Positions 1 to 12,555 of a DNA stretch of 64,000 bases are shown piece after piece. The stretch is from contig NC_043001.1 in the NCBI RefSeq assembly GCF_006345805.1, positions 115,940,001-116,004,000 on the forward strand. The letters run 5' to 3'. The position numbers and the translations under genes were made by a program. Under the pieces are notes generated by a model. It ran no database searches and had not been told where the DNA came from. It was given only the letters and a program-made list of their open reading frames with translations. The first letter of the stretch is position 1. Every line of letters starts with the position of its first letter. Origin of the DNA: Octopus sinensis (taxonomy: Eukaryota).

Positions 1-513
1 ACCTTCATGGGGATTTCTAGTGGACGAATATATTCTTAAGACCAACTTTAGTCACCGCTTGTAGTTCTAGCCTTCTTCACTAATTCTGTTCTCAACCATA
101 CTGAATGCGGTTATTTTAGCTATGATGATCCAATCCTTAGCTATATTTGAATATAGTGATAGAAAGCGATGTGAAAGAGAGTGGTGATGGTGGTGGAGGT
201 GAAAGTGATGAAAAGTATTGATGGTGATGGCGTCAGAAGTCTGGATGGCGTGTGTATGGCAGATATGGTGGTGATGGTGGTGGTACTGTTGATTATCATG
301 AAGCTTTGCAATAAGTTCCGAGTCGACAAATTATATCATTGGTTTGATGAAAATTGTTCATTGCTTGAGAAATATTCATGTTTCACGAAACTTAATATGT
401 ACTCAATGCATGGTGTCATTGTTGGACCCAAGGATTAACAGGGCAGCTTTTAAACGAATGTATATATATATATATATATATAAGCGAGAAAGAAGCAACA
501 AGAATGGATAGGT

Positions 514-605
514 TTTTAGTACAATCGTTTCATACAAGGACAGGCTTTATTAAAAGTTGTAAAAATTACAGCATATAAACGTGTCCCGTAACTCATCAGC
601 TAAAA
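514..605 (-). ncRNA. Type I hammerhead ribozyme motif in the Penelope 3' end
   Basis: Minus strand reads TTTTAG-CTGATGA-GTTACGGGACA...TGTCCTTGTAT-GAAAC-GATT-GTA-CTAAAA. Stem I is TTTTAG/CTAAAA, both core boxes are intact, and the cleavage triplet is GUA. Confidence 0.78.
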
Positions 606-2057
606 TACATGTGAGTTCTCTAGACACCCTAGTGGTTGAGGCTATACTCATGAAGTAATGTAGATAATTAAGTAACATAAACAGATTCCAAAGTTCATAA
701 AGTTCTTTAAAGATGATGTACAGTCTTATCACAGAATTTTAAAAAAGTTCTAATAGCATCACAGAGAAGGTGACCTATTCCATAGAGCACACATGAAATT
801 CCAGAGATATGATGAGGGATTACATACTCACAGAAGACAAATTTATCCATTGTAATCACAACGAGGTGGGTCTCAATTCCTGCTTATTAGCATTACAGAG
901 AGGGTGAATTAATCCTTTGTATAGATGCACAATTTCCAATGGTTTAGATGTAAGTTTCCAGAGAAATGAAGAGGAATCTCATATTCACAGGCGATAAATT
1001 TATCAATGGTTGAACACAATGAGGTAGGTATCAAAACTTGTTATATGATTAGGTATTTGCTACATTAATCACATTACTGCTATTTACAAGAGGCTGTAGC
1101 TATTTAACTTTTAAAGGCTGAAGGGCTTTCTAGAGAGGCAAGAATAGAAAGGGAAGGGAATAGTAGAAAGAGAGAAAATAAAGGAGGAGGGAGCAAAAAA
1201 AAGGGGGGGAAGGGGACTAAAAGAGAAGAGAAAAGGAAAAAGAGAATAAGAAGAAGAAACAGAAAAAAGAGAAAGAGAAAGAAATGGGAAAGAAGGGAAA
1301 AAATAAAAATAAAAAAGAGGGTTCTAGTTATACAGACGAATTAGTAGACGGCAAGTCTGGTTTTAATTTACAGGCATCTAGGAACTAGAGGAGAATATTA
1401 TTCTTTGGCCAGTAAAAACAGCTAATTTTTGCTGTTGAAATCAGCTATGAATTTAAAGAGAATCTAAAGAGATAACACAGTCAGGGGTTTAGGGGTCAGA
1501 TGCTAAAATCAAAAGAAAATACATTAGGAAAATCTAAGTATAATCTTATCAAAAAGTCAATAAAACTTACTTATTTAATTTATTCATTTTATTGTCTTAA
1601 GGAGTTGCCGTTATTATTCATACATTGACGGACTACAGGTCAAATCTTAGAAGATCATTTACAAGGTGTTAGGGGATTGTCTATCATAATGAAGATAATC
1701 ATATTATCACCGAGGGGGTAGCCTTATTTATTTAATTTTGAAATAGAATTATGGGGCTATAGTATCTCATTTTATTTATTAGAGTTATGCTACTTAAATT
1801 AGATTAAGTTAGGAATTAAAATTAAAATTACTATTAAGATTTAAAATTAAGAATTTAAAAATTATGAGTTTGAAATTAAATAAAGCCTCAATTAAGCAGC
1901 GTATAAGTACTATTCATTTCCCTGTTCTCAAAAAACTGATGCAGATATAAGGAAAAAGATAACTGTAGTGTGAGAACTCTCAGTTATCTACTTAAAGCAG
2001 TGCTATACTAGTAGAAATCAAGTTATATCTATCTATCTAGTTAAGGATATTCTAATC

Positions 2058-2500
2058 ATTTAAAATATTTTAAAGTCTTCAATTTAGCGTGGACACAAAC
2101 TTGACCTAGTTCGATATGATTATTCAATAAGTTACTATGTTTTCTATGCTTTAGAATTTCATACGTCTCCATGGAGCATAGTTGGCAACCAACCCTACTA
2201 TTTTTATACGGAATTGCTCTCCTAACTATTCCCAATTAAGTTTATAATTTTTATTATTATTTTGAGTTCCCAGATTTTGTTTGAAAGTGTGGTGGTACCA
2301 GCTTTATGACGTAATTTAAAAGACGAGATGTGATTTCTAACTCTGGCTAGAAAATTAATTGTACATCCAACGTAAAGATATTTGTTATTCTCCGTGGATA
2401 TGGTACATTTATAGATTACATTATTTTCCCCACATAGACCAGGTGCCGGCATTTGATTTTATTCTACACTTACACACAGGAGGAGCAACTTCAGGCTTTG
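2058..2500 (-). pseudogene. GIY-YIG endonuclease domain of the Penelope element (frameshifted)
   Basis: ORF 2222-2452 carries VIYKC...YLYVGCT..F..R.RNH. The C-terminal part (CQLCSME..EIL....NLLN...ELGQVCVH) continues in another frame. Confidence 0.85.
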
Positions 2501-3779
2501 GATTATTCTTGGGTAGATGTCTTAGGTTCCTATTATTTTGATTATCATTTCTATAGTTGGTGTTGATATCTAAAGTATTGCTATTATTTATTGATCCTTC
2601 AGCTTCATCATTTAGGTTTAAAGTCCTACCATGATTTCTTATATTATTGGTAATGTTACTATTATTGTTAGTCTTTTTATCCGACTGCATATTGCTGTTA
2701 TAAATATCACTGATATTTTCATTCTCCTTATTTTCTCCATTAGCCTTATATCTATTATTTCTATTATTAACATTATTACTTCTATTAATATCGGCATTGT
2801 TATTATTACTATTAATGTTAATGTTATTAGTCATTCTGTGGTTACTAATTTCACCTATGTTTTGATAATTACTATTGTTGTTTTTATTGTTGGTAGTATT
2901 ATTATAATTGCTATTGGTATTTATGCTGATATTATTATTTTATTTCTATCTTTCCTGGCTAGTTTAATGTTTTTATTATTAATCTTAGCTATTAAAGTGG
3001 ACATATTTGGGAGGGTTGAATAAGAAATCCTAACTGTTTCCTAGATATAATTCTATGATATCTATGAGAGATAGGGAATTTTTTTCCAGAATTACTTTGA
3101 ATTTGTTCTGTATATCCGATTGTATCGCACAGTTGAAAGGGATATTCAGCCATAATATATCTTTTTATTAAATTTAGGGTTCGTAGAATTACTACTATTC
3201 ATCTCACCGGAGTATTGTATTTATTACCATTATTTTTATTTTTATTTGTGTGCATCTTAGGTTTATCACTTCAATATTATCCGAGTTACCTATGTTCTGG
3301 TCAATGCTTCTATTTGAATTGTTGGGCCTGTACGCTAGATTAGCGTTTACCATTAATTTAATTCTACTTTTATTTCGGGCTTGGTCTGTATTGCTGCTTA
3401 TGTGATTACTGATAACTTCATTATTAGGAATACGTGAGTTCCCCTTATCAACGAATGTAATCTTTTGGTTGTATCCAGCCTTAGTTAACGCCTCATTATA
3501 ATGCTCAGAATGGGACCCACCTCGTTGTGATTAACAATGGATAAATGTGTCTTCTGGAGTATGTAATCCCTCATCATATCTCTGGAATTCATGTGTGCTC
3601 TATGGAATAGGTCACCTTTCTGTGATGTATTAGAACTTTTTTAAAATTCTGTGATAAGACTGTACATCATCTTTAAAGAACTTTAATGAACTTTGGAAAT
3701 CTGTTTATGTTACTTAATTATCTACATTACTTCATGAGTATAGCCTCAACCACTAGGATGTCTAGAGAACTCACATGTA

Positions 3780-3869
3780 TTTTAGCTGATGAGTACGGGA
3801 CACGTTTATATGCTGTAATTTTTACAACTTTTATAAAGCCTGTCCTTGTATGAAACGATTGTACTAAAA
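3780..3869 (+). ncRNA. Type I hammerhead ribozyme motif in the inverted Penelope terminal copy
   Basis: TTTTAG 3780-85, CTGATGA 3786-92, stem II GTACGGGACA/TGTCCTTGTAT, GAAAC 3852-56, GATT, GTA 3861-63, CTAAAA 3864-69. Confidence 0.8.
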
Positions 3870-4013
3870 ACCTATCCATTCTTGTTGCTTCTTTCTCGCT
3901 ATAATCACCCCACATTACTGTATTGTTAAAACAGTATAGTTTTTTTGGTTTTTGCATCTAAGTTAGGTACCATATTCAAGTAAATTCATTTAAATTAACT
4001 TGAATCTTTATTG

Positions 4014-4044
<31 letters not shown>

Positions 4045-4184
4045 CAATGTATGTATATTTCTAGCTAGCTAGCTAGCTACATACATACATACATACATAC
4101 ATACATACATACCGACATACATGTATGTATTTATTTTTTATTTCAGCTCAAACAGAAATAAAATATTTGCTATTTACTGTACAG

Positions 4185-4301
4185 TATTTAGCGAAATGAC
4201 TGAAAGTCAACTGCGGCGCAATATCTCCCAAGTTTTGAACAAATCCCAGGCATTGCTTAACTTAGGTGTTAAGAAAAGCCACATGAAATTCCTTGATGAA
4301 A
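4185..4301 (+). CDS. Candidate upstream coding exon (FSEMTESQLRRNISQVLNKSQALLNLGVKKSHMKFLDE), possibly of the GPCR gene
   Basis: Acceptor tacag at 4180-84 and a consensus donor GAAA|GTAAGT at 4302. The exon is 117 bp, phase 1-1 and open, and its phase is compatible with exon 5804. No recognisable domain. Confidence 0.35.
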
Positions 4302-5166
4302 GTAAGTATCGTGTTTCTTATTAATTTTATCATCATTACCGTCATAATTAGCTTCATCAATCACCAACCTCTTCGTCGTTGTCGTCATCATCAACCACAG
4401 TAGATGATACCAAGCACACAGACTCTTTCCCTCTCTCTCTCTCTCTCTCTCACGCACAACTATTTATTTACATTTTCTGAAAGCTTGGATAATTTCAAAA
4501 AAACAGCATTTTATTTTGCGCTTTTCCTTTTCTTGTCCCTACGGAACTGTTTGTCTTTGCTCAGTTTCTTTTTAATTATACCAATTAACCAAGGGCAAAA
4601 AAGTTGTCTTCTAATTTTGTATAGAAGTAGAAGATGCAGACTCTACTGGGCAGAAAAATTCAAACAATTCCAGTACTTTCTTAAATTCAAACAGGAAAAC
4701 TATTTAATGCTGCAAATAATTTTCCTCAGCGGAATTTCATTTTGTTTGAAGTGATCATATTAATTTTTGAATAAGAAACGATAGATACACACACAGCTCA
4801 TACGCTTTAAACAATGTCTAAGAGATATAAGAGAGGAACAAATCATATCCCATTGCCGAACAATGATATATTTTCACTTCGTTTCCATTCATTTCCTTTT
4901 ACCATCGCCAAATCAATATAACATCTACCTATTTCTAGCGTACATTAAGTTTTGCGCTTCCGGTCTAACGAGTGATCAATATATTACGAAATTCAACACT
5001 AGAGGCCGTGAAACAGACTAGCATTCTGAGTAGTCATAACCCGTAACCAGTTATATATTGCTCGAGAAAATATAAAACATATATATATATATATATACAT
5101 ATGCACAGACCTCTATTTCTATTTTATTTATTGTTTTTTAAGAATATATAAGGAAATATATATAAA

Positions 5167-5216
<50 letters not shown>

Positions 5217-5803
5217 ATATAATTATATATATATAAATATAAGAATATATATATATATATAATCTACAGGATATCAAGTAGTTATGCAGTTTGAAGCGGC
5301 TAAATTTAATTGAACAATACAAACATTACATCAGTTTAAATGTAATACCATCTTCAGCTGCATAAATAAAGAAATAGAATTTTAATAAGTAGGACACTTA
5401 AATGTAATTTTTCTCAAATATTTTAAGAGAGCAGGAAGATGGAGAAATTCATATTGTCGCCATTTTAGTTAAGAATAGACTGCACTTCCAAGAATTGCAT
5501 GGAGCCTGGTTGGGGTGGGGGTCCTTGTGTTGTAAGGGATTGTAATTCATTTCTAAATCATTTATCTCTTTATAAACTACTAAATGAAAAACTAGAAATC
5601 TGTCTATTTTGAATAAATATATATGCTCTCCGTATATGTTTGCAACACTTCATGTATCATTGTCCTCAAATCAGCCAGCAGGTGGTCCAAACAATTTATT
5701 TCCAACATTAACTACTACTGCTGCTGCTACTACTACTACCTCTACTACTACTACTACTACTACTACTGGCTTCTCTCATATCCATATTTTGTTTCATTTT
5801 CAG

Positions 5804-5918
5804 TGGTTTGTGATGAAAGCACAACATCAACTAACAATCGAACTTTCTCTTGGCCAATGACAAAAATAGGAACTACTGCGGAGATCCCATGTCATGGAAA
5901 TGTAGCCACCAGGCATTG
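5804..5918 (+). CDS. Adhesion/class-B-type GPCR, HormR (HRM) domain exon 1: VCDESTTSTNNRTFSWPMTKIGTTAEIPCHGNVATRH
   Basis: Pyrimidine-rich acceptor tttcattttcag; donor TG|GTTCGT. The C..W.xT.xG..A.xPC...ATR pattern is typical of HRM. Confidence 0.82.
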
Positions 5919-6175
5919 GTTCGTCTGTATTGATTTATTTCTACTCAAATTTTTGAAGTTTTCAGCGTCATCCTATTGTGAGAGAATGTTACTTGGTAGA
6001 GCAAATAACAGCTTTATAGATTAACAAGATAGAATTAAACGTCTATCGGTTGCAATCTCTTGTCCCAGCATTTTTACATTTTATACATTGTTTGATATAA
6101 TTTAGCCTTGTCCTAACTATCTAGGTTTGCTTTGTCGCCAATATTATACAATGCTTTCATTTCATTCGTTTTTAT

Positions 6176-6550
6176 ATTCTGAGTTCAAATTCCGCTAAGG
6201 TCGACTTTGCCTTTAATTTTTTCGGGTCGATGAAATAAATACCAATTGAGCACTGGGGTTGGTGTAAACGACTTATCCCTTCCCCTGAAATTGATGGCCT
6301 TGTGCCAAAATTTGAAACCAATATTAGACAAAGCTTTATGGTGCTGAGCTGGCAGAATCGTTATGGCGCCGGACAAAATGCTTAGCAGCATTCATTCCGA
6401 CTTTACATTCTGAGATCAAATGCCACCAGGGTCGACTTTGTCCTTCATCCTTTCGGGATCGATAAAATAAGTACCAATTAAACACTAGGGTCTATGTAAT
6501 CGAACTACCCCCGCCCCAAATAGCTAGCCTTGTGCCAAAATTTGAAATCA
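6176..6550 (+). mobile_element. Two tandem SINE family D copies (tail D2)
   Basis: Central motif GTCGACTTTGCCTTTCATCCTTTCGGGGTCGAT.AAATAAGTACC; head GAGCTGGCAGAATCGTT; tail GGCCTTGTGCCAAAATTTGAAA. The first copy is 5'-truncated. Confidence 0.8.
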
Positions 6551-7339
6551 GCATTATTCAAAGATTTAAAGATTCTTGTAAGTTCCAGAATTTCACAAAA
6601 CAATTGTAGGAAAGAAAGCACAACCTAGATACAGTCAATAGAAACTATCAGTGATTCTGTTGGTTTCAGGCTAATACTATTTATTCAATTTTATGATTAC
6701 TGTAGAGCTATATATCTTGCTAGTACAAGATGGTCATCCTGGGATTTCACTCATCACAGACTATGTAACACGGTCTCTCTTCTCTCATTTCTACCACGTC
6801 ATTCCACAGGTTAAGCATCTAAATTGTTCCTCCCAGAGGCTGAGCTTTATTAGTTGTAAGACAAGGCCAACTGGTGGAATTACTCAAATCTGTGCATATG
6901 TATGAAAATATACATAAATCCATTGCTGCCGCTGTTACTACCGATGTCTATGGTGGCGAAATATTAGCAACTAATTCCCCCATTCAACTTGTACTAACAA
7001 CTTGGCTCCTTAATTCTGCATCACCTACACCGTTCCAACTAATCTTTTATTGAATAATCATAAAAACAACAAATTATTGTAAATAAAAACAGATGCAAGA
7101 ATATTGTTTTTATATCTGAACTCTAGTTAGAAAATATTTGACATTAGTTTTGAGGATAGGGATCAGGAGTAAATAATAGATTTCTCCCCCAAATGCAAGA
7201 CACCATTTATCCTTCTTTCACTAAATTATGAGTTCAAATCACGACCAGTTCGAAGGTTTCTCATATTCCTCTGAGATTGATGAAATTCTCCTCAGAATGA
7301 ATAAACTCGACTGACAATATTTAACATTTATTTTTTCAG

Positions 7340-7482
7340 TTCTTCCAGAACGATGGGGCATCCAGAAATGGCATCAAGTCAAAACCTGTCATCACAAAAG
7401 TGTTCACCGTTTACTGGTATCTGGCAAGAACCAGACATGTCTCAATGTTACAATGCAGAACAGACCAAAGGCATTGATGATG
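7340..7482 (+). CDS. Adhesion/class-B-type GPCR, HormR domain exon 2: (C)SSRTMGHPEMASSQNLSSQKCSPFTGIWQEPDMSQCYNAEQTKGIDD
   Basis: Acceptor ttttttcag; donor G|GTGAGC. The phase-2 junction with the previous exon rebuilds the conserved Cys (TG+T), and the G-x-W-x-x-P-D-x-S-x-C motif completes the HRM. Confidence 0.85.
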
Positions 7483-8142
7483 GTGAGCGAGCAAATGTTT
7501 TTAAATGACTTTTACAGTAGTAGAAGTAGCAGGATGAGAAGAAGTAATTTTTGTGAGAGACTTTCTGTCTGTTTAAATACGACCACTCTGGTAGGGGTGG
7601 GGGTGGTGAGTGTGTATGTGTATGTCTTTCTATGTCTGTTCCATTATGACTGTCCTGTGTGTGTGTGTGTTTGTAATTACAATGATTTATCAAAAGATAA
7701 TGCAACCTATTCTCCCGTTTGAGTCCTCCAGGAATGTGTCCATCTCGTTCAACGGCAAATCATTTGACTCATTTATGGAAACGTTATTAAATAATTTATT
7801 ACTTTGGAGGGTTGAGTTCATTATTGTAATATCGTTAAAAGCACGTTTTCGTAAACATTCTGCAGACAGGCTGAGTAGATAGAGAAGCAGAAAAACAACA
7901 GGGATATTACTGTACATACCTCTTTGCATACATACGTTGGAGCGGTGGTTGTAGAATCTTCAAATATTCAATGACATACCCTACATATCTGTTTGTCATA
8001 GAATATATAAGCAATTTACTTCTCTCAAATGTTATTATGGCACTGTCAAATTGAATAGATTTTCATATGCATTTAGTGATGTGATGATTTCAATTTCTCA
8101 TTAGACCATTATGAAAACTTATCACTATTAATCCTTAAATTA

Positions 8143-8355
8143 GGCGGTAAGCTGGCAGAATCGTTGGCAGAGCGGGAGAAATGCTTTGCAGTACTTCGTC
8201 TGTCTTTACGTTCTGAGTTCAAATTCCGCCAAGATTGACTTTGCTTTTCATAATTTCTGTGTCGATAAAATAAACGCAAGTTGAGCTCAGGGTCAATGTA
8301 ATCAACTTAACCCCCTACACCGAATCTGCTGGTCACATACCAACATTTGAAACCT
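8143..8355 (+). mobile_element. SINE family D copy (tail D2)
   Basis: Head GGCGGTAAGCTGGCAGAATCGTT followed by GAGTTCAAATTCCGCC and the central D motif. Confidence 0.75.
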
Positions 8356-8370
8356 GTATTATTCCGTTTA

Positions 8371-11230
8371 TTAGATAAAACTTAGATAAAACTTAAATAT
8401 GTTTCGACCAAAGTTTGGTCCAGGCCATGTCTAACTAAATAGCACCACCTGATAGGATTATTCGAATCCTGTTTAAGTCAAGTTTTGTTTAAGTCAAGTT
8501 TTGTTCAAGTAGTGAGTTCTTGTTGGGTGAGTTGTATCCAATTATGAGTGGCTTATCTGGTATTCTTTGAAGGAATCTATCCAGACTCCGTTTAAAATTG
8601 ATGGGATCCTTTTCCTATTTGATCTCCCTCGGGACAATGTTAAATAGGGCAGGGCCTGTTGAGGAAAAGAAATTATGTTGCAGTGTATATGTATGTTGTG
8701 ATTTTGAATTGGGCAGGGGACGTATGGCCCGTGGTCCCAGTCTTGGATGAACCTTGAAGCTAATGTTTAGGTCGTTTGGGCAAAGTTGGCGGTATATTCT
8801 CCACATCGTACAAATGATGTACCGCTCACGGCGACGCTGGAGGGAGTAAAGTTTCAAGGCTTTAAGGCGATCCCAATAATCGAGAGCAGCCATGCCTTCA
8901 ATTCGTTTAGTGAGTGCCCTCTGGGGTGACTCAATTCTGGAGATGTTTTGTCTTGTATGGGGAGACCACAGTGGGCAGCAGTATTCAAGGTGTGGCCGTA
9001 CAAAGGAGGAAAAAAGTGGTATGATGACACCTTGTTCTCTGGACCGGAAAGTTCTTAAGATCCAGGAACTCATCCTACGAGCTATATCGACCTTCTTGTT
9101 GATGTGTGCACTCCAACTGAGATCGTCATCAACAATTACACCCAGGTCTCTGATATTGTTAGAGGCTGTGAGCGGTTCCCCTGAAGGAAGAGAGTATGGT
9201 TGTTTTAGTGAGGAATTTCTTCCAAAATGCATCAGCTCAAATTTTCCCTCATTCAGTTGCATTTTGTTTCTGTCTGCCCATTGACTCACAGCATATAGAT
9301 CAGACTAGAGTTGAGTTCGGTCTGCTTCTTCATTGACGATTTGATGGGGCTTAGTGTCATCAGCAAATATTTTCACTTTGCAGTAATGTACGACACTGGA
9401 AAGGTCGTTTATGTAAATTATGAAGAGTAGCGGACCAAAACAGTCCCCTGGGGAACACCGCTGGTGACTTTTGCTGGGTTTGAGTGGACTCCATCAACTA
9501 CAACATGTTGTGTTCTATTCGCCAGGAAATACTTAATCCAGTGTAGAACTTTTCCACGGATTCCAACATTTGCCAATTTTGAGAGTAGGGTATTATGGTC
9601 TGCCCTGTCGAACGCTTTACTGAAGTCAAGATATATGACGTCAGAGTTCGAACCTGTTCCCAAGGCTTTGAGTACATCTTCAATGTGGTGTAAGAGCTGT
9701 GTTAGACAGTCCCTGCCACAGCGAAAGCCATGCTGATTTGCATTTAGGAGTTTGTGGGTCTCCAGGAAGTCAGCTATCCTTGATCTTAACACTCTTTCAA
9801 ACACTTTAATAATGTGGGAGGTGAGTGAGATTGGGCGATAGTTGACTGCGAGGGATCTGTTTCCCTGTTTGAAAACCGAGATGACCGACTGGGATAGAAA
9901 CTGTTTCGGTATATAACCTGCGTCTAACGAATTTCTCCAGAGGTTGGTCAGAGGGACTGCAAGTTGGTGTCTACATTCCTTCAGGAGACTAGCGGGGAAT
10001 CTATCAGGGCCTACAGCAGAGTAGTATTTGACCCCATTTATTGCTGCTATGATGTCAGTGGCAGTGAAGGTTATGTCTGAGATTTTGTGTTGGGAGTCAA
10101 CTCCGTTCGTTTCTCTTACGTCAATAAAAGTGGAAACACTAAAGACAGAGCAGTATTGTTTCTGCAGTATTTCTGCCATTTCTTTAGCATCGTGTTGGGG
10201 AATGCCGTTATCATCAATCAATGGCCCAATGGGTGAGACTGTGGTTCTATGCTTATTTGCATAGGAATAGAACACTTTTGGGGATTCTGTTTGATGTTTT
10301 TGATTACCCATTGTTCCTCCACAGCTCTTTGATTTTCAATGGAGGTTTTCATGTTGGTCTGCAGATGAAGTTTTTCCAGCTCTAGCCTTTTCATTGTTGT
10401 TGAATGTGGATGTTGTGTGTGGGAATATTTAAATTGGTTGATTTTTTGTTGAGTCTTTTGATGCGCCTGATGAGTGTTTTTTTTCTTTTTAGGGAGCCGG
10501 TTTCTGTTTGTGTAAGTAGATTTCGTGGGAGTGTGTTTAGAGCATGTATAGGTGACAATGTGTTCAAAGTGCTGCCATGTGGTCTCAATATGAGAGGAAT
10601 TGAGAGTAAAAGACCAGTCGATGGAAGACAGATCCTTTCTGATTGTTCCCCAGTCCGCTTTGTGGATGTTTATGTTGTCAAATGAGTGCCATGGAGTGGG
10701 ATTGGCTGGTTTGGTTTTTATATGTCGGGAATTAAAATTGCAGAGTACCATGTCGTGGTCTGATAGGAGAGTTTTTTTAACTATCTATCTGATGTAGAGC
10801 ATTTGCCTAACTTCAGAGTATTTGTGGGCCAGTTCACATGAGGGAGGTTAAAATCACCCATCACTATTATGTTTCCGGAGTGGTACTTCCGAAGGAAGGA
10901 CTTGACTTTGCTAAGGCACTCTTCAAAGCACTTTAGAGGTGCTTGGGGAGGCCTGTAAAGACCAACAATGATTATGTTCTTGGCCTTGCTGAATAGTGAT
11001 ACCGATTCACAGTAGCCATTGGAAAATATGTCCTTGGCATCAAGTGAAAAGGAGTCATGGATAAAGATGGCTGTCCCTCCCTTATTTCGGTCTGTGCGAT
11101 CCGCACGAACAATGGTGAAATCTTTTATTTTCACCTCTGCGTCCATATGGGTGTTGTTCAGGTGAGTCTCGGTAAGGATAAAGAAAGGGAAGCAATGTGC
11201 CATTTCGGCAAGCCAACTCTCTATATATGG
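8371..11230 (-). mobile_element. CR1-clade LINE, ORF2 nearly complete but frameshifted
   Basis: APE domain (ILTETHL...RADR..RNKGGTAI...GLYRPP...IVMGDFNLP), RT (YRPISLTSHIIKVFE, QHGFR, YLDFSKAFD, SGVPQGTVL, FADD) and a CR1-type C-terminus (VRPHLEYCCPLWSP...LYSLQRRRER). Short tandem repeats occur at the 3' end (8371-8510). Confidence 0.92.
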
Positions 11231-11399
11231 GATCTTCCATTTATATCCTTTTATTTACACGATTTTTTTTATTTCATGTTCATTTCATTCATCGTTTACA
11301 ATGCTCTCTTCATCCCCCCCCACTCCTTCTCTCTCTCACTCACACTCACACACACAGATGGAATCAAACACCACGACATGAAGGAAAAGAGAAAAAGAG

Positions 11400-12090
11400 A
11401 ACACTTTTGGCGAGTGAGCAAAATATTGGTTTGAAAGCTGGACAGAGAAGCTAAAGGAGATGGAAAGGAAGTCAAGAAAGGTCCTAATAATGTATAGTGC
11501 CCATCACCCACATGCAGACCTCGATCGCCGATACACGAAGAGAGCGAATGGAAGAAAGGGACTGATAAGTGTGGGAAACTGCGTTCGTTTCGAACTCGAA
11601 GGCTTAATGAGATACCGAACCCAAAGAAAGGAAACCTTGTTAGTGACAGTTAGGAATGAGGGAGTATTGAAAGCAGGAAAAACGAAGGAAGAAACACAAA
11701 AAGAAATGAAGAAGAATGGCGCAAGAAGGGAGAACACAATGAATTTCCATATAACAAAAAATAGGTGGGATTGGCTGATGAAAGGAATTCTAAAGAAAGA
11801 GACCGAGAACACTATATTGGCAGCGCAAGAGTAAGCCTTGGCCACAAACTGGAGGGTCGACATTAGAATGAGCAAGTGTTCAGGAACTCCCACAATGCAA
11901 GCATCAAGGAACTCCTACAAAACCTCTGATAAAGAGAAATAATAATCAAAATAAAGAAATTTGACAAAAACTAATAAGTTGCTGAAAATATGTGGAGCTC
12001 AACATCCGAAAGCAGATATCAACCGACTGTAATTAAGGAAAGACCAGACTGGGAGATGCTTAATAGCAGTAGAAGAATGTGTAGAGATGG
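11400..12090 (+). mobile_element. Degenerate R4/Dong-type retrotransposon fragments (two scrambled pieces)
   Basis: HHPHADLDRRY.KR..GRKGLISV, LKKETENTILAAQE and HPKADI.RL match post-RT motifs of the elements at 27.7-36.6 kb. Confidence 0.65.
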
Positions 12091-12284
12091 AAAAAAAAGC
12101 TTAGTCGGGTATTTTCAATGTGGCACAGAAAAACTGCTAAAGACTGAATAAAAAGGCAGGTAAAAGCAGACTTCTCTTGCTATAATTCTAATGAAAAGGC
12201 CTGCAAGTGTGAAAAGTGCAGAAACTGTGTCCAAAAAGCCTAAATTAAGCGACGCGAGAGAGAAAAGGCCCCAGTACTTATTCT

Positions 12285-12555
12285 TTGTAAGCCTAGTATT
12301 TATTCTATCGGTCTCTTTTGCCGAACCGCTAAGTTACAGGGTCGTAAACACACCAGCATCGGTTGTCAAGCGATGTTGGAGGGGGTGGGACAAAAATAGA
12401 CACAAACATATACACACATACACAGGCAAAGATATATATACGTATACATATATACGGCAGGCTTCTTTCAGTTTCCGTCTACCAAATCCACTCACAAGGT
12501 TTTGGTCGGGCCGAGGCTATAGTAGAAGACACTTGCCCAAGGTACCATCCAGGTT
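12285..12555 (-). mobile_element. SINE family C copy (CORE-like), 5' part missing
   Basis: Reverse complement of CCTTGGGCAAGTGTCTTCTACTATAGCCTCGGCCCGACCAAAACC...GGATTTGGTAGACGGAAACTGAAAGAAGCC, plus the family C tail. Confidence 0.8.

Larger units (their letters stand above)
483..4018 (-). mobile_element. Penelope-like retroelement (Neptune-type), 5'-truncated, with an inverted copy of its 3' end
   Basis: The minus strand, read with frameshifts, gives RT-thumb/linker motifs (HSEHYNEALTKAGYNQKITF; WLNIPFNC; TVRISYSTLPNMSTLI), a Cys-rich linker (PPVCKCRIK) and a GIY-YIG endonuclease (ENNVIYKCTISTENNKYLYVGCTINFLARVRNH...LSNKIWELK...CQLCSMETYEILK), ending near 2058. Segment 3512-3900 is an inverted, closely similar copy of 483-873. 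Both ends abut (TA)n. Confidence 0.88.

Noticed and set aside
2421-3023. Asn-rich (-) and Ile-rich (+) ORFs
   Set aside because: Low-complexity linker inside the Penelope element; the + ORF is its antisense shadow.
4625-4672. 48-bp phase 1-1 candidate exon (VEDADSTGQKNSNNS)
   Set aside because: The acceptor is plausible but the donor (GTACTT) is weak and the peptide is uninformative, so it is not listed as a feature.
5690-5803. Thr-rich stretch just upstream of the HRM exon as a mucin-like stalk exon
   Set aside because: It is an (ACT)n microsatellite in a different frame from the exon. It has no GT donor, and the implied intron would be only about 35 nt.
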